Below, piece by piece: positions 39,765 to 52,093 of a DNA stretch of 64,000 nt. The stretch is taken from NCBI RefSeq assembly GCF_006345805.1, contig NW_021833026.1, positions 1 to 64,000 on the forward strand, in the 5' to 3' direction. The DNA comes from Octopus sinensis (taxonomy: Eukaryota). A program made the translations under genes and the position numbers. Within the stretch, counting starts at the first letter, position 1. Every line of letters starts with the position of its first letter. Under the pieces are notes generated by a model, which saw only the letters and a program-made list of their open reading frames with translations, searched no databases and was not told where the DNA came from.

Positions 39765-42488
39765 ATGTCTAAGAAGAGGTACTGAGTATATTTTTCCTTT
39801 AAGCATGAATCCTTCAAGAACATACCATCATAAATCTAGTTTGACTGGCAATGCAATCAGAAAAAAGTCGCCTGGTAAAATGACAAGTCATTGGCCCACT
39901 GATATTACAGTCAACTTTTTTGTGTTTAATTAGTAAGATTTTTGACGAGGAGGGAAACGATGTCACGGTACGACCATTGTATCACTGCGAGGACGTTTTA
40001 AAAAAAAGACCAGCTGGACTAACCGACAGTTCGGTACTTCTAAAGTTTATTCAGTTCAGGAATCTACGACTGAGGGGTTCTCTCAGGCTTCTTTCTTTAT
40101 GACAGGTCTTGGCTCAACTCAACAATTTTCTCGGTAATCGTGAAATTCGCATAAAATAGATCTGTATTTCGTCAAAGCATTGGAGAAACGACCGAACTTG
40201 GGGAGGACCTATTCCAGTTGGTAGAAAATTTAGAATCTGTGAAGGTGTCAGGTGATTGTTGGTTTAATGATTTGCAGAAACTACTTCTCCAACGAAGGAA
40301 ATGGACGAGGCCTATGGAACAAATGACGAATTCGAAATACGATTGAGGACCACGGAGCTAATTGATATGATCGATATGCCCGCCACATTACTGGCACTTT
40401 CTGATGAACAGGCAGCGGAGATGAAGGCCATTGGTAGAAATTATTCAATTGTAACCATGTGGCCCTATGTTAACAGATGCTTAAGACTAAGGCCGAAAAG
40501 AGTGACTGTTATGAGGACAAGGGACTGTGTACATTTAACTGTCCACTCAAAACTAAAGCCACACAAACAGAGCCGATAATTTTGCAGGTTTTGTTTATTA
40601 ACGAATGGCAGAACAGGGAGAATATGGCCACTCACTGGGATATATATGATGTGTTCAACCCGAAAGATGACTATGAAGAGGAACCTGAGAGAAAGCTAAG
40701 CAAAATATCCTTAGATGAAGAAAAGGTCTCCCATGCATCAGAACTGGGTTATTATTTTTAGTGAATTTTAGAAATAAATGACACTCTCCCATTTGACATC
40801 ACAACGGATGGCCTCTTTAGTAGATCGGGAGTGTCCTCTCTGCTCAGTCCCGTCAGTTCTAACAGAAGTGAATGCCAATACATCGACGTTCTTTATGCAT
40901 TATGAGCCAGCAGACCGATGCATTCAAAAATATGTCCCGCATTGTAGAGACTTACCTCAGTCTCAACAACCACCAAAACGAGCTGGCCATATATAGATCA
41001 ATGCACAGTACATCAGACAATTCATATCACAAACCTCGGACATATTCCAGATCTTCTTCAACCTTAAATCTCGCCAAGAACGTCTTGTGCAAATTATGGA
41101 AGTATCAAAAACCCGACAAATGTGGAGTAAATGTGACTTGTGTATCAATCAACCCTGAAAATAACGTAGAGATGACTTGACATAAATAGGATTTGTTGGC
41201 CGTTGGATATGGAAGCACTGTCTATGGAAACACTGTCGGAGGACTTGTATGCTGCTGGTCTATTACAAACCCTCTTGTACTCACAAATCATTATATTAAC
41301 AGCATTCTGGCAGAAAATATACGCTCGACACCGGAGTGACTTCACTTGCCTTTTCTAGGGAAAATGCAAATCTTCTGGCGGTCTTTTGTCATAGTTATAT
41401 TATTAGGTGGGGCTTTTGGATGGCTCGGTGGTGATTTACAATGTGAGGTCAAATGCCAACGACCCGATAATATCGAATCAGTAATGCTGAAATCTTTTAT
41501 TGGCATAGAAAGAATTTGTGGAGGCATCGTGGACCAGTTTGGGGACTCGAGTGGGTAACCAAGTCAATGATAGACGGAGAAGTGAATGAGACCCTTATTT
41601 CAACCGCAAGTGACGGTCGTGTTATCCAATGGACAATCAAAAAGGGTCTCGAAGGATACGGTACACTTCTGTAGGTCACCACAGACATCATGAAACTCAA
41701 AAAATGGCAGGATAGGCTCAGACATGTCGACCCGGGAGGTCAATCTGCCAAAATAAAGAAAACCAACTACATTCTCTATAGAAATGCAGAATGCTACTGT
41801 TTCGACTTTTCACCCCTGGACTCGAATATGTTACTTATAATCACATTGTGTAGATATTTTGCGGGGACCAACGAAGGACAGATCTATAAATGTTCGTGTT
41901 CCTATAACGAGCATCACATTGCTTCTTACATTGGCCACACTGTAAGTAGTGTCCTTAGTAACTATCCAGGCCCCGGTCTACAAAGTCCGTGTATCTCCTT
42001 TTGTCCCGACAGTCTTTCTCTCGGTGGGAGCTGACTGGAAAATCAATTTGTGGGTCGAAGACACGCACGAACCACTCTTACAACTCAGTCATGGAAATGT
42101 CCATTTTGAACAAATGACCTTAATAGGAGGAGTTTTTGGATGTGAGTTGGTGCCTATGGAACTCTTGTGTATTTGCAACTGTCCGCAGTACTTGTACAGA
42201 AGTGTGGGATTTGGACAGTTCGACGACTGATCCAATTTTTGTTTTAAAGGTAGTAGGGACTGAAGGATTCACAACTGCAAAATTCTCATTGAACTCCAAG
42301 GTCCAGTAAAACATTTGACTGATTAGTGTTTGTTTGTAGGGGATGCTGATGGTTCGGTGGGAGTTTATGAACTTGTTAATTCTGATGTGGAAGACCATCA
42401 ACTCAAAACTAATAAACTTGAAAAAATCGTCACTCAGCTTAGGAAGAACATTGACGTGGATGAGACGGTCCTCGATAGACGTGAGTAG
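39765..42488 (+). CDS. DNAI4: Axonemal dynein intermediate chain 4 (WDR78)
   Basis: IFDEEGNDVTVRPLYH; MATHWDIYD; LWKYQ...GVNVTCVSINPENN-DLLAVGYG...GLVCCWSITNP; AGTNEGQIYKCSCSY; FLSVGADWKINLW. Tiny introns. Confidence 0.88.
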
Positions 42489-43238
42489 TCAATCATCTCT
42501 GATTAGTAATTATAACCTCTCACCCTTCTGCCTACTTATGACAATTCTTAGTTGTCTCCCTCATAGCTTAATATAAAGTTAATAATATCCTTAGGGAAAA
42601 TAAAATGGACAATACAATACTCTGAAGGTAGTATCTGTATGTTCTCTTGAAATAATATCAATGATTTAGCGCATTATTCTACTAACCTTACCACTCGGCA
42701 TTTCAATCTGCATTTTGACGAAGGATCAAAAAACTTCATTTACTTAGTCATAGTTTTATCCACTTGTTTTAAAAAAATAGTTGCACCGACAGAGAGTCTA
42801 TTAGTCTGAATAATGATGCAGTTCTTATAAAATTTCGTTTCTCCTTCAGCAAATTAGATGGTATAATTTGATATCTCAGATAGGTTATAATTTCTTGTTT
42901 TTAAGTGAAATGGACAACCTTCTTAACAAGACAACTAGGGTGAGCCAAAATCTGAATAGTAAATAAATAATCATTAAAATAATCATCAGCTAGAAATCTT
43001 GTCGATCAAATCATAGTGGATCAAAAATTGTTAATCCAACAAAAACTTGTGTATAAAAATCTTTACCTCAAGTTATTCCATGTCACATGTGCCGTTCATC
43101 ATTACACAATTGTTGTGATAAAATAAGAGACTTATCCTGAAATTGATTTAATGATAGCTACTGTAAAAGCTGCAATTAACAAGAAAAATAGAAGAAAACA
43201 AATATTCAAATACAGAAAAATTGCCGTTCCAGATATTA

Positions 43239-44264
43239 CAGTCCCGTCCAAATGTTAGAGGCACCCTATTTTTTCCCTAAAAAAGGCACTTATTTGTCAT
43301 TTTTTGAAAAAAGTTTTTTGTTAATAACAAACTATTGAATAAAAAATCTTAACCTAAAATTTTTGAGCACATTTAGTTTATAATGTGTATTTACTAAGAA
43401 ACTCAAAATAATACATCGTTCATATGTTAGAAGCACATTTCAATAACGAAAGACAAAATTATCCAAAAATTTAATATTTAGTCATTCCTCCATTATTTAT
43501 GACTACCGAAGATATTCTTCTTGGAATTGACTCAAAAAGCTTAATAACCACACCTGTATCAATGTTTTCCCAGGCCTTCTTTGTTTCATTCCATAATTAT
43601 TGAATCGTTGATGCTCCACATTTTTTAACTTCTTTTTTAAAATTGCCCATAGATTTTCAATTATATTTAAGTCAGGAGATTGACTTGGCCATTTTTCCAT
43701 GAGTTTTATGTTGTTTTCGGCCATAAACGCTCTAGTGGATTTTGATGTATGACATGTTGCTCCATCTTGTTGAAGAAAATAATTTTCTTCATAAAAATTT
43801 TCAAATCCTTCTTTTATAACGCGTTGATATTCGGCGGAGTCGACTGTTTTTCGGCAAAGGACAATTGATCTTTGCCCATTGCTTTTAATTGCTCCCCATA
43901 TCGTAATTGATAAAGGGAATTTCACAGTTTCAATTGAATATTCTTTCTGTAATTTTGATCCAGGGGGTCTTCTTATGTATTGCCTAGACATCTGATTTAA
44001 CTGAATCCGGCATTCATCAGAAAATATCACTAAATTCCAGTCGTCTTGATTCCACGGAATTTTAGTAAGACACCATGTATATCTTTTATCAACCTGAGAT
44101 ACAGTCAATTTTGGTTTTTTCACTGCAATGCGTCCGAATAAATTGTTGCGTCTCAAAATTCGTTTAATTGTCGAAAGACTCACTTTTCCGGAAAAGTTAC
44201 AGCATATAAGAAGATCGTTGGCGGTCATTTTTGGGTGTAATTTTGTAACATTTGGACGGGACTG
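43239..44264 (-). mobile_element. Tc1-like element with DD35E spacing; 5' portion deleted
   Basis: TA|CAGTCCCGTCCAAATGTTA ... TAACATTTGGACGGGACTG|TA. VIFSDEC, QQDGATCH and SPDLNIIE, with 35 residues between D and E. Frameshift near the C-terminus. Confidence 0.9.
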
Positions 44265-46244
44265 TATTAAGAAAAAGTACACGTTCCATAATTGAACAAG
44301 AATATAATGGTTTAGAATCGTTGGAATTTGGAAATGACAAGAAATTTATTAAAGAATGCATAAATAAAAGACTTAAAAAATGATATTTCAAACATAATTA
44401 AAATGACCTATTAACATATATCATCTCCCGAGAATTCATTACTTCTGAATTGTCAGCCAACTTTGTGTTCGGTTAAAAGATGTTTATCCGATGATAAAAT
44501 TCTATCAAATCTTTCTAAAGATTCAACTGAAATTTTTGCTAGCAGCTGAAACTTGAAAATTTAGAAAATTATATCATTTGTATGTGTAACAAAAAGTTTT
44601 AATGTTTTTATTGTTCAGTTATTAAGTTAAATTTTTGGGTTAATTTTTTTATTTGTTAGATTAAAAAAATTTCCATACTTATCATTAATAAAGTAGAATA
44701 GATCTCAATAGGTCAATTATTTTAAAGAGAAAATGGAATTTGGCATAGATTATAATTAAACTAAATTTTGTCTAACTCGGTCAACCAAAAATAGTAAATT
44801 TTCTGCTAATATGAATTCGTTTAGTTATAGAGGACGGATTTTTATAGTTAGTATAGTTTTGAAATAAGTTTAACAAGACAATCAAAATCTATTTCTAAGT
44901 TAGTTACAGAGGACGTTATCGCGAGGATAAGTAAGACACGTATTGCACTCTATAATAGTTTTTTATTAGAATAAACCAGTTGCTCCATAAAACTTAATTT
45001 GATATTTTCCACGGAAGCTTTTAAAAGTGTTTCTAAAATTGAGAAAACTCAGATACGATATTAGCTTGAATTTACCAGAAGGCTCCCCTGTGGACAATAT
45101 TCTAAAATAGTGATAAAGACAAATACGAAATCGGCTGCGAATTTAAGTTTTTGAAACACAAGACTGAATTTTTTATACTAAATAAGATTATTAAATGACT
45201 AGTCGCACACTATGATGACATTCGGTAATTCTGGAATGAATGAAGTAAACGTAGTGAACCTCGGCATTAAGCTTGGAATAATAAAAATACATACATAGAA
45301 CCCAACTCTGGATTCTCGCTAAATGCTACAGAACTCAAATATTTCAAGTTCCAACACGACTCTAGGTTTCTTTAAAATATTTTATATTCATTGTATACAC
45401 GTGATACAAATACATTAGTCCGTGAAAAGTGTCGTTTAGGATGAATTCAAAATCTCCGTCACAATAACTTAACAATTTGAACATCAAATTTTACAAAAAG
45501 AAAACATTTTCAAAAAGCGAAAATTTTGGCCTTTGTAAAAACAAGACATTGTTTTTAATTTCTAAGGATCTTACATCCGAGCGGATTTGATTGTCATCTC
45601 TGAAAAAACAATCTTCCAAAACTCTGAAAATATAATATTTCTCAGGCTACATTGCACTCTTTAATTCAAAATTGCAATTTTGGAACTGGGCCAACACTTG
45701 AGATAAACATAAGAGAAGGTTCAACATAGTAATTTTATAAATCCAGATTAATATCCTATTATATCAGATTACCCAATAATATTATTAAATGGCTAAGATT
45801 AAAATTTTAGTATTAAATGGGTGGCACTTCATACTTTTCTTCCTTATCTTTTTTTTGTATACATCCGAAAAGTTCACTGCCACCAATTACTAAAATGTCA
45901 GGAAAGGAATGGATTGACGTGCATCAAAAAAGCCCGCTCCATAGTGTTTGGAGTCCGATGGGAGTAGCGTGGTAGAATTACTCTACATTTTTCAAAGCGT
46001 GGTCTTCTGAAAACAACATACTGAACATTCTTATTTTTCAAGGTTCCACACATAGCTGATTTCTTTTTGACAAATCATTGAGTCCCTTGGCGTTGAAGGT
46101 AAAAAAACAGAAAGAGTCATCAATACGCGTATTTGATACAACTGCAACCAGGACGTCATCAACTTAGTTAAAAAACTTTGGTTTAGAAAATGATGAACTA
46201 TTAGTTTACTCTGATAGTGAGACATTAGTTAGATAAGTCTAAAT

Positions 46245-46500
46245 CAGGGGTTCTCAACCTTTTTAGCTCAAGGGCTAAATCGATAATTAAGATTAGCTTC
46301 GCGGGCCGCACAAAAAATATTTTATATATTTTTATATTTTCCATTTTACTAAATATTGATTCGCATAAATATGTAGATTCATATATATATGCATTGTGTG
46401 TTATATTTTTGAATTTGTCTTGAGGAATTAATTCGTAAAAATTAATAATGGACGCATTTTTGAACAATGCCGCCAGTTCTATATCATGTTGTAAATTAAT
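46245..46500 (-). mobile_element. hAT (Charlie/SPIN-like) 3' end fragment
   Basis: Terminus CAGGGGTTCTCAACC preceded by GTCTAAAT (Charlie-like target); dimerisation-domain remnant FYELIP...STYLCESIFSKM. Other end not found. Confidence 0.75.
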
Positions 46501-47099
46501 GAGTTCTAGTTGTTATTTAGTTTCCGTTTTAAAATTTTTGTCTTCAGCCAAAGTTTTATGGAAAATTGAAAACGAACGCTCCACCGAGAATGTAGTAGCC
46601 TGACATTACTGTTTTTGAGAAAAAGTCCTTTTACGAGAGAATTTAGTTATCACCACATGGTAATTTAGTTTTATCCTAAAGCCACATTTGTGAATCAAAT
46701 TTGTAATACATGTTAAACCGAATTGGTTAGGATACAAATTTTTTGTGTTTACGACTAAAATCATATTTACAAATTTTCCCAACTAAACCGTGTTTCAAAA
46801 TGATTTTATATTAGAACATTTGTTAAAATGTGCGTCAGTTAGATCGAGTTAAAAAATATTCGTATCAACAATAATGGGAAAAAATGTTTGAATCCACTTG
46901 TAGGGTTCGATAAAACATGTTTTAGAATCAATTTGTTTTTCTACAAAAAATGTATTTCTAATATTTTTATAACAGAATAATTATTTTTGTTGAGTTTAGT
47001 TGATTGACATTCGGTTGCTCTACTAATAACTTTCAAATAATCACAAAAGGACTGTTTTTGATTCAGTTCATTAATTCTCATGCATTGGATGCTTGACTG

Positions 47100-47520
47100 C
47101 TGCGATTCTTTTCAAAAAGAGGTGCTCATCAATGCTCTGTACTCAGGACTATCAACGTGTTCTGCACTTGAACTAACACATTTTTTCTGGAATCGTATTG
47201 TATGCCAATATCATAATAATCTAGGATTATTCTACAAGTTTCGATGCTGAAGAATGCAAAATGCTGTAGACCAATATGCAACTGAGGAAAGAACGAATTC
47301 GTGCCGACAAATGCAAGGTCCTCAAGCAAAAGGCTGTTGACGGAGAGCCAACTCCATTAGCAAATAATAAACTAATTTACCTTGGAATAAAATTAGAAAA
47401 AATGTAAAGTTCAACGCAAAAATCCTCGAAAGGTGCGCTATACTAGGGCCAGATGCAGTGCACGCTTTTCTGGTGATTTTGTGGGGATAGTCCAACTAAT
47501 GCTAATTTGTACGTCCACGG
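47100..47520 (+). mobile_element. Highly degenerate LINE RT remnant
   Basis: LINALYSGL; KCKVLKQ...KLIYLGIKL resembles the RT thumb start. Confidence 0.35.
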
Positions 47521-47644
47521 GCTAAAAATTACTTTAAAATTAGTTTAGTATTTTGAATCCACGCGAAACTCGTGCTTAAAAAAATCGTAAATCGATTTAT
47601 AAATAAGGCGAACATTGTAAACAATGGAAAAATGATATTCAAAG

Positions 47645-49846
47645 TCAGTCCAGTAAATAAACGAGGTCTTTGATTTCTGCCATCAGGTCTAATCGAAAAT
47701 AATGAGAAATCATGCCTACCATTTTGCGTGACCTGTTCATCATCACAAGGCGGGAGACTGTCACTTCCCCCAATGTGTTTAAGCAAAATATCAATTTGTG
47801 TTTGATGAGATTTTTCTAATTCGTTCTTTTCAGCCTGACACTCCTCTATTGTCCTCATCAACTTGTTTTCGACTGCTTCGCATTTCAATACTAAAATTGA
47901 CACGATGGACTGACAGGCTCTCGACTCAGACTCCATCGAAGACTGATAGAGTTCTTCCAGTTCGTTCACTCGGGTCTGCAGTCGGTCCCTCTCCACTTGG
48001 AGGAGAGTGCAGTCTGGAATGGGGACGCTTTGTGCTAATTTGGAGTAATCCTTCTCGCAGCTCGACAGTTTGTCCTTGGTTTCTTGCAGTTCTTGAACAA
48101 TCTTCTTCTCTTTCCAATTTATTTGCTATAATGAGCAAATAACCCAACATTTTTCAAGTCACTAGTTGCCTGTTCTGCTCGACGGAGGGCAACGTCCCGT
48201 TCCCTCAACTGTTCGGCATCTGAGAACAATTAGTTTATCGGAGGCAACAGTATTGCTTGAGAGTTCTTACTTTGTTGTCATAAAAAATTGCATCTGATTT
48301 TAGGCGGGAAGCCAGTCGGGAGTTCTCGTGGAGGGCAGTCTCGAGTTTGTTTTTATTTCTGAATAATATAAACAAATACTCGTTTTCTGGAATGAGATCC
48401 GTCTGGACTGAGACGCAGTCCGTCTTTAGTCGTTTTTTGATTTTCTGGTTAATTAATTTGTCTATATTCATTATAATTATTTACATTGTGCAATATCTGC
48501 CTTATTTCTCAGTTCTTGTAATTTCTGTGCTCCCCGATCCAACTTGTTGATTAAATCATTTAAATTTTCAATCTCCTTTAAAAAAACCGGCAAAAATCTG
48601 AAAATAAAATGAAAAATATACGATTTGACAATTTCTGCGTTTTTCTTTTCAGTTCTTTTAAGTTTCTCAAACTCCTTTTTAAAGGCATGCAGCTCTCGCT
48701 CGTGCTGGTTCTTCTCCTCCAACCGAAGCTTGCTGTTTTCTTTCTCGACTTTCAACTGGATCAGACGACTTTCACCCAATTTTTCCAGAGCAAGTATTCT
48801 CGAATCGCTCTCCTCAATGTGAGAGTTTCTGTCAGTGATCTGCCGTAACCTAGTCTTATTTACCTGATTCTCTAATTTGTGGACCATTTCCGCGTGGCTA
48901 GATTCCTTGTTTTTTAATCTCACCAATAATTTCCATAAATGTTCCCGCCACTTATTTAACAGCGCTGATTGGTCGATTCTTTCCTCCCCGTCGACCTGTC
49001 AATGATGTCACACATTACAGCGTCGCTCTGGAGGCGGCAGAGCTCGGTCCTTGATTCGAGTTCGACCTCGAGGGCCCGTTTCGCCTCTTCTTGCAACGAG
49101 AATTGAGCGAGTAGTTGCTAAGGATTATGATTAGTTCTACTTTATGCTTTGAGTCAAATTCGTTTTTTTCTTTCCGCCATTGACGTAACTCCCGAAACTT
49201 TTTGAAGGATGTTTTTTGAGTGAGGATTTGGTCGGATATCTGCGAGGACAATTTACTTTGACGGAACTGGAGATATCTGACAGTCACAACAGTATTCGTA
49301 CAAAATTTGTTTTTCCCACGACTTGTGCATTTGCTCAACTTGCCTGGTCAGGTCGGAAATTTTTGATATCATCAGTCCTCTCAAGTCTTGTCTATTTCTG
49401 CTTAGAGAAGAGCATAATTTGGCCGAGGAGGCAATCTCTTGTTGAAGAAGTTGTCTTTGATTGGTCAGGTCCTGCAATTTGTCTGCCACGGAGGCTCTTA
49501 AGTCTGCGTTCTCTTTTTCCAGTGAGGCTATTTGCTTGTTTATGTCAATATGTGGTATTGGTTCCAACCGTGTCTCTGTGATTTAGGAATCAGTCGAGTA
49601 CCAGTCAAATCCGGATTGTTACGCTCATGGGAAATATGACTGCTTGTGTAAAAACTGTGGGGGGGTCGGAAAGACATTTTTGAACAGACTGCACTCTGTT
49701 CCTATGGATACTGTTTTATTCAAAAATGAACTACTTTTAAAAAAATTAATGATTTTTTTTGAATCTTTTAAATTAAAAAAACAAACTAAAAGTGTTGTTC
49801 CTTCAAAGACAGTTTTATTTTTTACTTCTTCAATAATTACAGGCAC
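47645..49846 (-). CDS. Long coiled-coil protein, unidentified; start uncertain
   Basis: Heptad-rich ORFs at 49253, 48477, 48235 and 47529 joined by 24-33-nt GT-AG introns; the model ends DLMAEIKDLVYLLD*. Confidence 0.7.
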
Positions 49847-49899
49847 GCAGTTAATTAATTAATTATCAAGCTTCATGTGCTTCATTGTTTCTGGTGGCG

Positions 49900-50098
49900 T
49901 CAGATACAATCTTAAATTATGTTAAAAAACCATTTGTCAACATCCATTCAGAGATCCTCCATGTACAGCACTTCCTCCAAGTTCGAGTACCTTTCCGATG
50001 GCGGGAAAGGTTGCCGAAACTGCTGAGGGAGGCTGGGATCAGCCGATTTTTTCTATTTTTTGGCTATGACGGTGGTTTTCTGGTTCAATAAATAAATT
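49900..50098 (+). mobile_element. 3' fragment of the 'LREAG' LINE family
   Basis: RERLPKLLREAGIS followed by a short UTR and AATAAATAAA. Confidence 0.6.
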
Positions 50099-50484
50099 AC
50101 AGGCAACAAAAATCATTGTAACAAGCCCGATATTTTCGTGTATGAATGGAAATCACTTCTCGCAACCGCCTAATTTAGCCAATTAGTATTTGGAATTGAA
50201 ATTATTGATTAATCTTCAATCTCTGAATCAGTTACGACTCTTTTTTATATTGTCTCCGTGTAATCGCGCCGAATCATTTTGACGAAATCGGCTGGAGGCA
50301 AGGAAAAGCTCGGTGGGATTAATTTCCGTTCCCAAGTGACCTCGCCTTTCCAGCTCATTGCTCTTCACTATTTATAGCCCTGACAAGAGATTCTATCCTC
50401 CTTTGAGATCTCTTGCTGAACATTACAAGATCACTCAATAAGTTTTAATAATAGGTCCAATAAGATGATTATATTATTTTGTGT

Positions 50485-50615
50485 AACTAATTATCGGCAG
50501 AGGACAAGATGGAATGGCAATTCCCACACAAGATGGCTATTGATATGCGTTGGAAAAGCCATGTCCGTTCTCGATGATCGTTTTTCCTTCTGCTTGCCAG
50601 ATTCCCCAATTTAAT
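50485..50615 (-). mobile_element. CRE RLE 3' fragment
   Basis: NDHRERTWLFQRISIAILCGNCHSILSSADN*. Confidence 0.8.
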
Positions 50616-50714
50616 GAGAAATTTTTTTTTATAAAGTTTAATTATATAAAAATATTAATTAACTGGTTTACCCTGGTCCTATGGTCAATTAAATAAATAC
50701 TGGCTTTCGTATCA

Positions 50715-52022
50715 ATGTGGAAGTTACGAAGGAAATTATTACTACTAATTACCCTGCTTCTAATTAACATAATAAACCTATTTTATATATCCGATTACCC
50801 ACGTGACAATAATTTTAAAGAGGAGTCACCAGTGTCAAACAAACAAGCCATCCCAGTATTGATTTTTGCTGCAATTGACGACAGCATTGGTTCTTCTCTA
50901 GAAAGAGTGATTAGGTTGTCTAATGTGAACGACCGCAGGTTTAATCCTTCCCCCGAATTATTTCCTGTGTTTGTCTCAGTAGATGGCTACACCCAGACAA
51001 TAGCAAAGGCGATCGAACCCTACAGAAATGGCGTAAAAGAAATATGGACGGTATTCAATCATTATATTTGTGAGGATTTCCAATCTAAAATGACGTCGGG
51101 CTACTCTCGGATAGCCAAACACTATTTATTTGCCTTGGATAGAATATTCGAAAAATATCGGGTTGTTGTTATACTGGAAGGTGGGTTTCCTCATAAATTC
51201 AAGATGATTTGCTAATTTCATGTGACTTTTTTGAGTATTTTGGGCGACTTGAGGAGATTCTCATGACTGATCCGACGGTGTGGTGCATTTCGGCGTGGAA
51301 CGACAATGGAAATATTGAGAGAATATCCAACAAAGCAGGTAGTATTTTTAACCGCTGAAACCAACCGATTATTAAAAGATAAGCTAATGAGGACGGATTT
51401 TATGCCAGGTCTCGGATGGATGTTAAAACAGAGCACGTGGTCCGAACTACGAAAGGACTGGCCGGAAAGGTGGTTGTCTGACTGAAATGCAGTTACTGGG
51501 ACGACCACATGCGGTCTCCATATGTGAGGAAGGGAAGGCAATGCATATACCCAGATGTCCCCCGAACTAAGCACATGAGTGTCAGTAGAACGAGCAAGTC
51601 CGCATTCCCTGCAATATAACACATAGAGGCCAATTTATGGACTACTACTCTAAAAATGTGCTCAATGGTTATTGTAATATTGAATGGAGTAAAATGAACA
51701 TCAGCTATCTATTCCTGGTAATATTTGTTAATATTTCAAGGACTCGTATAACATCACATTTAATGCCCAGGTGAGTGGCGCACTTCTTGTCGAGGAGGAC
51801 TCTCTCAATAAGGAAATAGAAGCACGATCTTCACAAAATTATAAAATTGAGTACACAAAGCAGACATTTCCTTACCTTGCCGAAAAATTTGGACTCATGG
51901 GGGACGATAAAGTATTCTCGATTTTAATTAGCAAGTTCGGTGTTTATCGGTGTTCCTACTTTGACGTCATCCCATTTCGACATAAAAATACCGACGTTTT
52001 CTTAGTCCCTCGAAATAAATGA
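50715..52022 (+). CDS. MGAT1: Alpha-1,3-mannosyl-glycoprotein 2-beta-GlcNAc-transferase I (GnT-I)
   Basis: N-terminal TM anchor; IPVLIFA; PSPELFPVFVSVDG; GYSRIAKHY; LEDDL...DFFEYF; WCISAWNDNG; RTDFMPGLGWML; YWDDHMR. Introns mostly ~23 nt, one ~41 nt. Confidence 0.92.
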
Positions 52023-52093
52023 GTTAACTATAGTGGTCACCGTGATGACCTCAGCTTTACAACCAAAGGAATTAAGTTTAATCAAAATGAGTG

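Noticed and set aside
47645-49846. CEP63/Deup1 assignment
   Set aside because: It rests on a single WEKQ-like match; the conserved C-terminus is absent.
50270-50420. Multi-hairpin H/ACA-like RNA
   Set aside because: No H box; the opposite strand reads like a decayed retroelement between two TE fragments.
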